Origin: Elusimicrobiota bacterium
Lineage (GTDB): Bacteria > Elusimicrobiota > Endomicrobiia > Endomicrobiales > JBDRNC01
Direction of reading: 5' to 3'
Assembly (NCBI GenBank): GCA_043811535.1
Contig: JBDRNC010000028.1
Location: 134,821 to 198,820 of the forward strand
DNA: 64,000 bases
The first letter of the stretch is position 1; every line of letters starts with the position of its first letter. The notes beneath the pieces were generated by a model. The model had not been told where the DNA came from and did no database searches. It saw only the letters and a program-made list of their open reading frames with translations. Of the stretch, positions 18,107 through 26,648 are shown piece by piece. The position numbers and the translations under genes are program-made.

Positions 18107-19826
18107 AACGTTCGTGAAGTTGTTTGTATGATTCCAGTATCTCGATGTTCTTGCTTGAATTCAGGAATAATATGGGTCCGCAGCTTTCAAGGACAAAAAG
18201 GTCGTGGCTGACGATGATTATAACCTTGTTCTTTAATGACTTAATTATGTCCATGACCGCCATCTTATTCCTTATATCCAGCCCCGCGCTCGGCTCGTCC
18301 AGCACGAGGACTGAGGAATCCTTGTAAAGGGCCCTGGCTAATTCAACCCTTTTTTTCTCCCCTTCGGAAAGGGACAACACGCCCGTGTTGACAACAGTGT
18401 CGTAACCCGCGAGAGTCCGCGAAATGAAGTCGTGGATGTTCGCCATTTTCGCGGCGGAGACAACCTTGTCCATGTCTATCTTCGCGCTTCCGAAAGCGAT
18501 ATTTCCTTTGAAGCTCAGGTTGAAGACGAACGGTCTTTGCGGCAGGTAGGATACCCGGGCAAGATAGTCATTGCGGCCTATGTCGCCGATCAGGGTCCCG
18601 TTTACGCTGATACTGCCGCTCGTCGAGGTTATCAGCCGTAGTATGAGATTTAAAAGCGTCGTTTTCCCGTAACCGGATTCGCCGGTTATGCCCGTTATCC
18701 TGTTTTTCTCAAAGGAGCAGTTGATATCCCGCAGTATCGTGTTTTCCCCGTACTTGAAACCCGTATTCTTGAACGTTATCGAACTTACTTCCGGAACGGT
18801 CTTTTTGCGCGAGGCCTCCGGAGAAGCGTCCGCGGCGACCAAGTCGGGGATGCTGTTGAACAAGTTGTCCACGCGCTCGACGTTTACGAGCATGAGCCGG
18901 CATTTGGTGTATATGTCGAAAAGCGATTTAAGGTAGATGTTGAGGACAAAGCCGGCGACTATCAGCGATACGAATTTCCCCGCGAGGATCAGTTCGTTCC
19001 TTATAAAGAAAAAACCCGTGAAAACCGTCGCGCAGATGAACACGGTGAATATCACTTCAAGAAGATGTTTTTTTGCGTTTTCCAGTTTCAGCGTGCCGAT
19101 GTTCAGCGCGGCAAGCGAGTTGTTGAGTTCGTTGACCCTGTTCTTTTCGCGGCCGCTAAGGTCGTAGATCTTGAGAAGATTGATGCCCTGGAAGTACTCT
19201 ATCAATTTGTTGTTCAGCGCTTCCTTCACGCTTTGTATCGGGAATATCAGCCTGCTGATCCTGAGGTTGAAATACCTGATCGCGGCAAGATAGACCGCCG
19301 CCAGGACGGCCGCGGCTATCAGTATCTCCGGCTGTATGCCGGCCATGTACACGAGTATCACAAGGATTACAAGCGAGCTCTTGACTAGGTCGATGAATAT
19401 GAGCGTAACCGCCGGCGTTATCTGCGTCAGGTCGCTGAGTATCAGCGTTATAAGCTCGCCGGGCGAGTATTCGTTGAGGAGCAATACGGGCATCCGGCAC
19501 AGTTTGTCGTAGGAATCGTTTATTATTTCCCTGTTAATGGCTATTGTTATGCTGTTGTTAAGGTTTGTGAGCAGATAATCGATTATATTGTAGATGACAA
19601 GCAGGGCGAACAGGCCGGTTATCAGGAAAATGACATGCTTGGCGCCGGAAGAATACAGGTTGAAGTCAAATATCACGCGCACGAACTGCAGGTTGACGTA
19701 GTTGAAGCCGGCGAGCACGCACGAGATGACGGTGCAGGCAAGGATGGCCCACCTGTGCCTTATTATATAGGGATAAAGCAGGGTTTTAAGGACGCCGATA
19801 AGATGACTGATCGTTTTTTTTCTCAT
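18087..19826 (-). CDS. ABC exporter (TMD + NBD)
   Basis: Multi-TM N-terminus, GESGYGKTT, LSEGEKKR, LDEPS, SHD; ATG 19826 overlaps the upstream TGA (ATGA). Confidence 0.92.
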   Translation of the reverse strand: MRKKTISHLIGVLKTLLYPYIIRHRWAILACTVISCVLAGFNYVNLQFVRVIFDFNLYSSGAKHVIFLITGLFALLVIYNIIDYLLTNLNNSITIAINREIINDSYDKLCRMPVLLLNEYSPGELITLILSDLTQITPAVTLIFIDLVKSSLVILVILVYMAGIQPEILIAAAVLAAVYLAAIRYFNLRISRLIFPIQSVKEALNNKLIEYFQGINLLKIYDLSGREKNRVNELNNSLAALNIGTLKLENAKKHLLEVIFTVFICATVFTGFFFIRNELILAGKFVSLIVAGFVLNIYLKSLFDIYTKCRLMLVNVERVDNLFNSIPDLVAADASPEASRKKTVPEVSSITFKNTGFKYGENTILRDINCSFEKNRITGITGESGYGKTTLLNLILRLITSTSGSISVNGTLIGDIGRNDYLARVSYLPQRPFVFNLSFKGNIAFGSAKIDMDKVVSAAKMANIHDFISRTLAGYDTVVNTGVLSLSEGEKKRVELARALYKDSSVLVLDEPSAGLDIRNKMAVMDIIKSLKNKVIIIVSHDLFVLESCGPILFLNSSKNIEILESYKQLHERYGKTGL

Positions 19827-20770
19827 GCCGGTATTTGCGAGAAATTCGGTATTATTCTTGAAAGACAGCTTCCGTAGCAGTTGCTCTTGCATTTGCAGCT
19901 CAGGCATTCCTTCTTGTAGCCCACGCCGCGGTACGGCAGGTAGAACTCTTCAAAGTGCTGTTTCAGTCCGCCGTAGTCCCCGTATTTATTATACTTTACC
20001 TTGTGAATCTTAGCCAGCGGCAGGCAGTAGATGACTTCGCCGTTCGGCAGTATGTCAAGGATGGACCTGCAGCCCGAACTGTAATCAAAACCGCATTTGT
20101 CCAGAGTTACCTTGTCCTTGTCGCTGAAAAAACACGACGGAACGCCGCATTCAAACTCTCCCCTGATATCGTGTTTCTTGAATATCCCCGCGAGCCGGAG
20201 CATCGACGCGGACAAGCCGCCGAATTCTTCGTGGCTGGCGTAAAGGTTCGTGCGCTGGACAGTAGGAAGCGCTATGCCTATCTTGACGCTGCGTTTCAAT
20301 TTGTATTTGTCTATGTAATCCAGCAGAAAAGCCGGGTCGTAATCGACATTTATCACGTTGAAAGTCAAAACCGCCTGCTTGCCCAGAACCGACAGGAAAT
20401 CCTCAAGCCTGCCGCGCATCGTTTTATTGTATTTGGAGGGGTCGTTTACGTTTATGACCCAGTCGTGGGATGTGTCTTTGGCGGCCTTCATCTCATCAGG
20501 GGTGAATTTGGTGATGCCGTTAGAGAAGATGTCTACCGTGAAGGACCTCTTGCGCGCGGTTTCAAGCATCCAGAGAAAATCGGGATGCAGCGTCGGTTCC
20601 CCTCCCATGAGATGGAAATAATTGTTCTTGGAACCGTCGAGCCATTTGAGAAGGTTCAGGAACGTAGCCCTCGTCATGAACTCTTTTTTCCGCAAGGGAC
20701 GCATCTGGTCCCTGCCGAAGCAGTAACTGCAGTTCAGGTTGCACGTATTTGTTATCATGAAGTTCGGCAT
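19823..20770 (-). CDS. Radical SAM enzyme with Cys-rich SPASM-like C-terminus
   Basis: CNLNCSYC, GGEPTLHP, ECGVPSC, C..D.LPNG.V.YC, CLSC..KSNC.GSC. Confidence 0.9.
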   Translation of the reverse strand: MPNFMITNTCNLNCSYCFGRDQMRPLRKKEFMTRATFLNLLKWLDGSKNNYFHLMGGEPTLHPDFLWMLETARKRSFTVDIFSNGITKFTPDEMKAAKDTSHDWVINVNDPSKYNKTMRGRLEDFLSVLGKQAVLTFNVINVDYDPAFLLDYIDKYKLKRSVKIGIALPTVQRTNLYASHEEFGGLSASMLRLAGIFKKHDIRGEFECGVPSCFFSDKDKVTLDKCGFDYSSGCRSILDILPNGEVIYCLPLAKIHKVKYNKYGDYGGLKQHFEEFYLPYRGVGYKKECLSCKCKSNCYGSCLSRIIPNFSQIPA

Positions 20771-20792
20771 AGATAGATCCTTTTTCCTTTCT

Positions 20793-20920
20793 CCTTCCCC
20801 CCTTGTGGGGGAAGGCTGGGATGGGCAATGAGTCTTTAACTTTCACCTTCCCCCTTGACGGGGGAAGGTAGGGATGGGGGTGACCCCCCACCTTAATCCT
20901 CCCCCACAAGTGGGGAGGGA
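20793..20920. repeat. REP-like palindromic repeat family (also 22684-22836, 33777-33913, 50041-50078, 56739-56813)
   Basis: Recurring CCTTCCCCC(TTGACG/TTGTG)GGGGAAGG..GGATGGGGG units. Confidence 0.85.
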
Positions 20921-20939
20921 ATATTGTAATGAAATGGAT

Positions 20940-21737
20940 TCAACTACCTATAAAGCTCTTCATCACCACGGTCTTGCAGCCGCCGGAACAGTTTTTCGTG
21001 TAATTACCGCACGAGCTGCATTTTTTATAGACGCCGAAACTGAAATAAGGTTTAAGAAAGTTCCCGAAGTCGTTTACGATATCCATTATGGTGTTGTGTT
21101 TGAATAGATCCGTGGAATAATTCGCGCCGCCGCCATTATTCCCGCAGAAATAAGCGTTAAAACCGGCGTCAACGGTCAGAAGCGACGGGCAGTACAGGTT
21201 GACCATGCATCCTTTCTGTATGAAAAAACCGAGTTCCTCGTCGCGGAAATCGCATAAAGTAAGGCCGCAGTCCCAGAATATCTTATAGTCGCCGCCGCCC
21301 ATCGCGCTTATGATGGGTTTCATCCTTGCCTTTGTCAATTTTCCTATTTTTTCCTTATTACGCGATTTGACAAAGACGGTATTGGTCAACTTAAGCGCGG
21401 TAATCTTGCCCAGAAGGGCCTTGAACGCCGCGGCGCTTTCCTCAAGGTGATAAACCGGCAGGATGCTGGCGTTTTTCAGCCCGCTTCCGGCCAATCCGGC
21501 CGCCGCGCCGTCAATGCCGTCAACTCCGTGCTCGATGAAGACGTCAAAATCCCTGTTCAGCAGAGCGGCAACTTTAAAAACTTCGGATTTTTCGGCCCCG
21601 ATGCCGATAAGGACGCACTTGATTCCGCTGTTCTTCAGAAAAGCGGTCAATTCCGGCAATTTTGACATGAAACCGGCGTCAACGGTTTTCAGGTCAAGCC
21701 GTATGGACTGCGCCAGGCTATTTAAACTCAAATCCAT
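20940..21737 (-). CDS. Degenerate paralog of the flanking radical SAMs; keeps the Cys-rich C-terminus but lacks CxxxCxxC
   Basis: DCGLTLCDF, YC...FC and CSSC....NCSGGC align with both neighbours. Confidence 0.7.
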   Translation of the reverse strand: MDLSLNSLAQSIRLDLKTVDAGFMSKLPELTAFLKNSGIKCVLIGIGAEKSEVFKVAALLNRDFDVFIEHGVDGIDGAAAGLAGSGLKNASILPVYHLEESAAAFKALLGKITALKLTNTVFVKSRNKEKIGKLTKARMKPIISAMGGGDYKIFWDCGLTLCDFRDEELGFFIQKGCMVNLYCPSLLTVDAGFNAYFCGNNGGGANYSTDLFKHNTIMDIVNDFGNFLKPYFSFGVYKKCSSCGNYTKNCSGGCKTVVMKSFIGS

Positions 21738-22665
21738 AACAGCCTCCGGAACAGATATTCCTGCCGTAGTAGTTGCATTTGCCGCAAGCGCCCGATATGC
21801 CCTTTTCCTTTTTTGGCAGGACGCTTTTATAATGGTCTTTTATGCCCAGCACGGAAGAGAACTTGCTTAACGACGTGTTGTGAATGTTATGGAGCGGGAA
21901 GCATCTCCAGACGCGCCCGTTCTTTCCGATATCTATGGCGCCGTCGCAGAGAAAATTAATTCTGACATTGTTTTTCTGTAGTTTCCCGAGATCGGCCCTT
22001 GAGAACATGCAGATGATAAAGCCGCAGTCAAACCCAAGGATAATGTCCTTCGCGAACGCGTCGCGGCTGAACTCCACAATGCGTTTCGCGATAGCCTTGC
22101 ATTCGCCGTACTTTACATATTTGTTGTCGGCGTTCACTATCGGCATGGATATGCCCAGCCTGACTTCCGTCTTCAATTTGTACTTCTTGATGTAATTGAT
22201 GATTGTGCCGTAATTGAAATTCTTCTCGAAAATAGTGAACCCGAGCGTGACGATGCCGTTCAGCTCTTTAAGGTTGGCGGTGAGGTATTCCCATTCCGCG
22301 GTTTTATAGGATGAGCGCTTGTTGATGTTGAGGATAATATTGACGGCGTCGGAAGGCAGGGTTTTAAGGTATTCGCGGATGGCGGCGGGGAAAGTGCCGT
22401 TCGTGAAAAGCTTGATTATGAAGCCGTCCTTAATAAGGTAATCAATAATGCCCTTGAAGTTTGAATGGAGCGTGGGCTCCCCGCCCAGTATGGAGATGAC
22501 GTACTTGTTCTTGTCGTTCGGCTTTTCCGATTTCTTTATTAAATCGGCGATGGGGATTATCTCGTCAAGCGTCATCTCCTGGACGTCGGAATGCCCGAGC
22601 ATCGCCTTGGCGAAACAGTATTTGCACCTGAGATTGCAGATGTTGGTTATGAAGACGTTAGGCAT
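21718..22665 (-). CDS. Radical SAM enzyme with Cys-rich SPASM-like C-terminus
   Basis: CNLRCKYC, GGEPTLH, DCGFIIC, CDGAIDIGKNGRVWRC, CGKC.....ICSGGC. Confidence 0.9.
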   Translation of the reverse strand: MPNVFITNICNLRCKYCFAKAMLGHSDVQEMTLDEIIPIADLIKKSEKPNDKNKYVISILGGEPTLHSNFKGIIDYLIKDGFIIKLFTNGTFPAAIREYLKTLPSDAVNIILNINKRSSYKTAEWEYLTANLKELNGIVTLGFTIFEKNFNYGTIINYIKKYKLKTEVRLGISMPIVNADNKYVKYGECKAIAKRIVEFSRDAFAKDIILGFDCGFIICMFSRADLGKLQKNNVRINFLCDGAIDIGKNGRVWRCFPLHNIHNTSLSKFSSVLGIKDHYKSVLPKKEKGISGACGKCNYYGRNICSGGCYGFEFK

Positions 22666-22846
22666 TTTAGATTCTCACCTACACCTTCCCCCCTTGTGGG
22701 GGAAGGCCGGGATGGGGGGGCAATAAGTCTTTAACTTTCCCCTTCCCCCTTGACGGGGGAAGGCTGGGATGGGGGTGATAATTGTCTTCTTGTCACCCCC
22801 ACCTCTTTCCTCCCCCATCCGAGGGGGAGGATGAAGGTTGAAAATC

Positions 22847-23773
22847 TTAATTCAAGCTGAACGTACTCTCAAAAATGAACAGTATGGGTATCAGGCATTT
22901 CCTGCATGCTTTCAACTTATCGTACTTCTTGAACAATATCGTCCTTCTGAAGGACTTATACGCCTTGTGAGCGTAAATCTCGTCTATTGACCTGTAATCA
23001 TTTATGTTGCCGAGGGAAATATCCTCCATGTAATCATAACTGCACGGTATGACGTTGCCGGAATACGTTATGGAAAGCCCCTGGTAATACATCGGGCATA
23101 CTTTCGGCTTCGGAAGAAGGTGCACCTTGAAATTCCCGAGTAGTTTGATATCAGGCCACGGGAAATAATTGGATATGATGACATTCCCGGTTATATTGAG
23201 TTTTTTCAGCCTGTCGATGAAGCCGTCAGTCGCCTTTTTGTTCCGCACAATATCCAGCGCCTTGATATACAACTCCGGGGTCTTCTTATTCAGCTTCTTC
23301 TTAAGGGCGTCAAGGGCAAGGATGTTTTTCAGGACTTGTTCGCCCTTGTCCGAGTTCCTTATCATCTTGTAATCGTCCGGCGATATGCCGTCGTAATCCA
23401 CAATTAGCTTATCAAGGCCGGCATCTATTATTTCCCCGGCCAGTTTTTCATTGAGCAGGAGCCCGTTTGTGGTTATGGATGTGAATAATCCGCGGGATTT
23501 GCATAGTTTGGTGAATCCGGCGATATCCGGATGCAGGAGCGATTCCCCTCTGAAGTAAAGGCAGACATTCTTGATGCGTTTTCCGGCCTTGTTGAGTATG
23601 CTTTCCAGCAGCTCGCGGCTCATGAAGCCTTCAGCCGTAATGTTCTTTTCGGGGAAACTCTTATAGCAGATGGGGCAGGCCAGGTTGCACTTATTGGTCG
23701 GTTCGATAATCAGGGTATCTGATTTAAAGCGGAAATAGTCGTATATTTTCTCGAATTTCTGTTTTATTGACAT
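22847..23773 (-). CDS. Radical SAM enzyme with SPASM/twitch domain
   Basis: EPTNKCNLACPIC, GESLLHP, TTNG, CPMYY..LSITYSGNVIPC, CRKC. Confidence 0.9.
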   Translation of the reverse strand: MSIKQKFEKIYDYFRFKSDTLIIEPTNKCNLACPICYKSFPEKNITAEGFMSRELLESILNKAGKRIKNVCLYFRGESLLHPDIAGFTKLCKSRGLFTSITTNGLLLNEKLAGEIIDAGLDKLIVDYDGISPDDYKMIRNSDKGEQVLKNILALDALKKKLNKKTPELYIKALDIVRNKKATDGFIDRLKKLNITGNVIISNYFPWPDIKLLGNFKVHLLPKPKVCPMYYQGLSITYSGNVIPCSYDYMEDISLGNINDYRSIDEIYAHKAYKSFRRTILFKKYDKLKACRKCLIPILFIFESTFSLN

Positions 23774-23784
23774 GGCGGTAAGAT

Positions 23785-23813
23785 ATTATAACACTATCAA
23801 AAATCAATTGCAA
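23785..23813 (-). promoter_or_regulatory. Sigma70-like promoter of the maturase operon (near-leaderless mRNA)
   Basis: On the minus strand: TTGCAA, 17 nt spacer, TATAAT with an extended TG; ATG 11 nt after the -10 box, no SD. Confidence 0.7.
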
Positions 23814-23816
23814 TAA

Positions 23817-23887
23817 AAGGGGACGGTTCTATTTAACTCCCCTTCGAGATGTCCGGAAGGGCGCCACTTAAATAGAACCGTCCCCTT
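23817..23887. repeat. Perfect 20-bp inverted repeat element
   Basis: AAGGGGACGGTTCTATTTAA (23817-23836) / TTAAATAGAACCGTCCCCTT (23868-23887). Confidence 0.85.
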
Positions 23888-24458
23888 CTCCTTTTAGCAC
23901 ATCATTGAGAACCACGCTTACTTCTTCAAGGGAGAAAGGCTTGGTCAATACATTGGAAAAACCGTATTTTTTGAAATCTGACATTATCGGATCAGTTGAA
24001 TAGCCGTTTGACACGATTGCTTTGGCATCGGGGTCAATTTCCAATATTTTCAGGACAGCTTCTTTACCGCCCATACCGCCCGGTATGGGCAAGTCCATGA
24101 TAACGGCGTCGAATGGTTTGCCGGATTCTTTTGCTTTCTTGTACGCGTTTACTGCCTCGTCGCCGTCTTTGACGAACTCTGCGGTATATCCTAAACGTTC
24201 AAGCAGTCTCCCCGTGACCTTTCTCACCATCTCTTCGTCATCCATAACCAGTATCCTGCCTTTGCCCGGAATGAGTTTCGCCGGGCAGAATAATTTCCTG
24301 AACAGCGGAATATTTTCTATATTTCTTATATGCCTGTAAAAGTCGCGTTCGTGCATTTCCATGAATTCGGACATTTTTATCCTGCCCATCAGTTTTGCGG
24401 CAGGGACCGTTTTAAGCGCGTTGTTATGAAATTGATTGAATTCAAACCGACTTGACAT
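23868..24458 (-). CDS. Receiver-domain protein with an unrelated ~60-aa N-terminus (possible fusion remnant)
   Basis: GKGRILVMDDE...IMDLPIPGGMGG...KPF is typical of the C-terminal REC of hybrid kinases. Confidence 0.6.
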   Translation of the reverse strand: MSSRFEFNQFHNNALKTVPAAKLMGRIKMSEFMEMHERDFYRHIRNIENIPLFRKLFCPAKLIPGKGRILVMDDEEMVRKVTGRLLERLGYTAEFVKDGDEAVNAYKKAKESGKPFDAVIMDLPIPGGMGGKEAVLKILEIDPDAKAIVSNGYSTDPIMSDFKKYGFSNVLTKPFSLEEVSVVLNDVLKGEGDGSI

Positions 24459-24485
24459 AATAGATGTCTCTCCGAAAGGGAATAT

Positions 24486-26621
24486 TCAGCTTGCCAAAAC
24501 CTTTCGGACGGCCTTAAGCAAATCCTCTACGCCGTACGGTTTGGGCAGAAAATGGAATCCCATGTTCCTGATATCCGGCAGTTTTGCTTTGTCATCAAGA
24601 TAACCGCTGCTTACCAGGATTCTTATATCCGGATTTATGGACAGGATTTTCTTCGCCAGTTCAACGCCGTTTCCGTCAGGCAGAACGGAATCGGTGAACA
24701 GCAGACGGAAATCCCCGTTTTCACGGTTAAAAACGTTCATAGCTTCTTCGACGTTTACGGCTCCGAAAACGACATAATTATTGCCTTCCAACACGCGCTT
24801 GCTCAGGCCCAGTATTCCCTGTTCATCTTCCACGAGCAAGATCCTTTCTTTCTTCCCCTTAACATTACCGTTCAAAAGCAGCTCGGGAGCGGCTTTCAAT
24901 CCGTTCCCTTCCTTGTATACGGGCATGTAAATCCTGAACTCGGAACCCTCCCCGGGTCTGCTCTCTACGTTGATCCATCCCCCGTGCTGTTCAACTATGC
25001 CGAAAGCCGCCGGAAGCCCGAGTCCCGTTCCTCCGGAAGCTAATTTTGTTGTGTAAAAGGGCTCAAAAATCTGCTTAATCGTCTCTTCATTCATTCCGAT
25101 ACCGGTATCCTTTATTGAAAGCAATGCGAATTCACCCGGCCGCGCTCCGGCGATCAGACTGCTGTCTTTTTCCGTAATAGAAACGTTTTCGGTAGAGATA
25201 GTCAGTTTGCCGCCGTTAGGCATGGCGTCTTTCGCGTTGACTACAATATTCAAAATAGCCTGTTCTTGATGTCCGCGGTCAGCAAAGACATTATTCAGGA
25301 TAGGATCCGGGGTTATCATAAGTTCTATATCTTCGCCGATGGTGCGCCTGAGCATCTTTTCCATGTTTTTCAAGATATCGTTAAGGCAAACGGGGGTTTG
25401 AAATAGCGGCTGCTTCCTGCTGAATGTCAAGAGCTGCGCCGTCAGCGTGCTTGCTTTTACGGCTGCCTTTTTGATCTCTTCGGCATCCTTGAATACCTGG
25501 CCTTCTTTATCGCTTGCGTTCAAGATGAGATCGCTGAAACCCATGACGATATTAAGCAAATTATTAAAATCGTGGGCAATTCCGCCGGCAAGCCTGCCTA
25601 TCGCGGCCATTTTTTGAGAATGTAAAAAATTTTTTTCGGTTTCCTTGAGTTCCGTTATATCGTTAAGCGAGAGGAGAACGCGCGACCAGCTGTTCTCGCA
25701 GCCCGGCATGACGGTAAGCCGCAGGACCACGTATCTTATTTTATCTTTAAATGTATGCTGGAGTACTTCGGTCATAAACATGAAATTGTTCTCCAGCAGC
25801 GAGACCAATTCCTCCTGGAAAACCGGGTAAGTATCTTCCCTGAATATCTCGGAAAGATTCTTCAATAAGTCTTCTTTTTTGTCACACTCAAGTATCTTTA
25901 AGGTAGTTTTATTCAAGTTAGTGACTTTTGCCAGCTCAGCGCAGCGTTTCAGGACTTCGGGATGCTTGTCAAAATATATCCGCCAATCGCCTATGCCGGA
26001 ATTCCCGATACTGTCCAAATATTCCTTTGTTTTTGAAAAATCCTCTTCCCAAAGGGAAATAGGCGAATCCTCAAAGAGATTGCGGTAATTCGTTTCGCTG
26101 CTCTTTAAAGCTTCTTCTGTTTGCCTTTGCTTTGTGATGTCGTGCACAAAATGAACAGAACCGATTATGTTGCCCTGTGTATCCAGTATCGGGTCAACCG
26201 TGCCCTCAATTACATGATTATTGAGCGATAACGCGCAGCTTTCCCGTACAAGCGATTTATTCATCCGCAAAATAGGGCATTCGGGGATGGGTTTGTCGGT
26301 GCCGTGAACGAATTCCCAGCAGCGTTTTCCGATAATTTCCGAGAGCTTCATCCCGAACATATCCGCTATGGCGCGGTTTGCCTGTAAAATACGCTGTTCT
26401 TTATCCAAAAGAAAAATACCGTCCGAGACTGAATCAAACGTGACCTGCCATTCAACGGCGGCCTTTTTTGCTTCATTTTCCGCTTCGGTGAATTCCTTCA
26501 GCATTTTCACTATAAATACTTTCATGTCAGAGCCGGCCGGCAATGCGGCAAGCTCCGCGGCAAATTTATCGATCATATGCAATTCATCTTTAGATAATGT
26601 TTTTTCAAATAAGCCGGGCAT
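24486..26621 (-). CDS. PAS-domain hybrid histidine kinase
   Basis: PAS domains, AHDFNNLL, NAKDAM, DTGIGM, GTGLGL, C-terminal REC. Confidence 0.93.
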   Translation of the reverse strand: MPGLFEKTLSKDELHMIDKFAAELAALPAGSDMKVFIVKMLKEFTEAENEAKKAAVEWQVTFDSVSDGIFLLDKEQRILQANRAIADMFGMKLSEIIGKRCWEFVHGTDKPIPECPILRMNKSLVRESCALSLNNHVIEGTVDPILDTQGNIIGSVHFVHDITKQRQTEEALKSSETNYRNLFEDSPISLWEEDFSKTKEYLDSIGNSGIGDWRIYFDKHPEVLKRCAELAKVTNLNKTTLKILECDKKEDLLKNLSEIFREDTYPVFQEELVSLLENNFMFMTEVLQHTFKDKIRYVVLRLTVMPGCENSWSRVLLSLNDITELKETEKNFLHSQKMAAIGRLAGGIAHDFNNLLNIVMGFSDLILNASDKEGQVFKDAEEIKKAAVKASTLTAQLLTFSRKQPLFQTPVCLNDILKNMEKMLRRTIGEDIELMITPDPILNNVFADRGHQEQAILNIVVNAKDAMPNGGKLTISTENVSITEKDSSLIAGARPGEFALLSIKDTGIGMNEETIKQIFEPFYTTKLASGGTGLGLPAAFGIVEQHGGWINVESRPGEGSEFRIYMPVYKEGNGLKAAPELLLNGNVKGKKERILLVEDEQGILGLSKRVLEGNNYVVFGAVNVEEAMNVFNRENGDFRLLFTDSVLPDGNGVELAKKILSINPDIRILVSSGYLDDKAKLPDIRNMGFHFLPKPYGVEDLLKAVRKVLAS

Positions 26622-26648
26622 ACGCTCCTCCCTTTAATATTTCAAGAT

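Noticed and set aside
12382..19826. Calling the locus a conventional lasso peptide cluster
   Set aside because: No asparagine-synthetase-like cyclase is in the window and the core has no Asp/Glu for a macrolactam; a cyclase elsewhere cannot be excluded.
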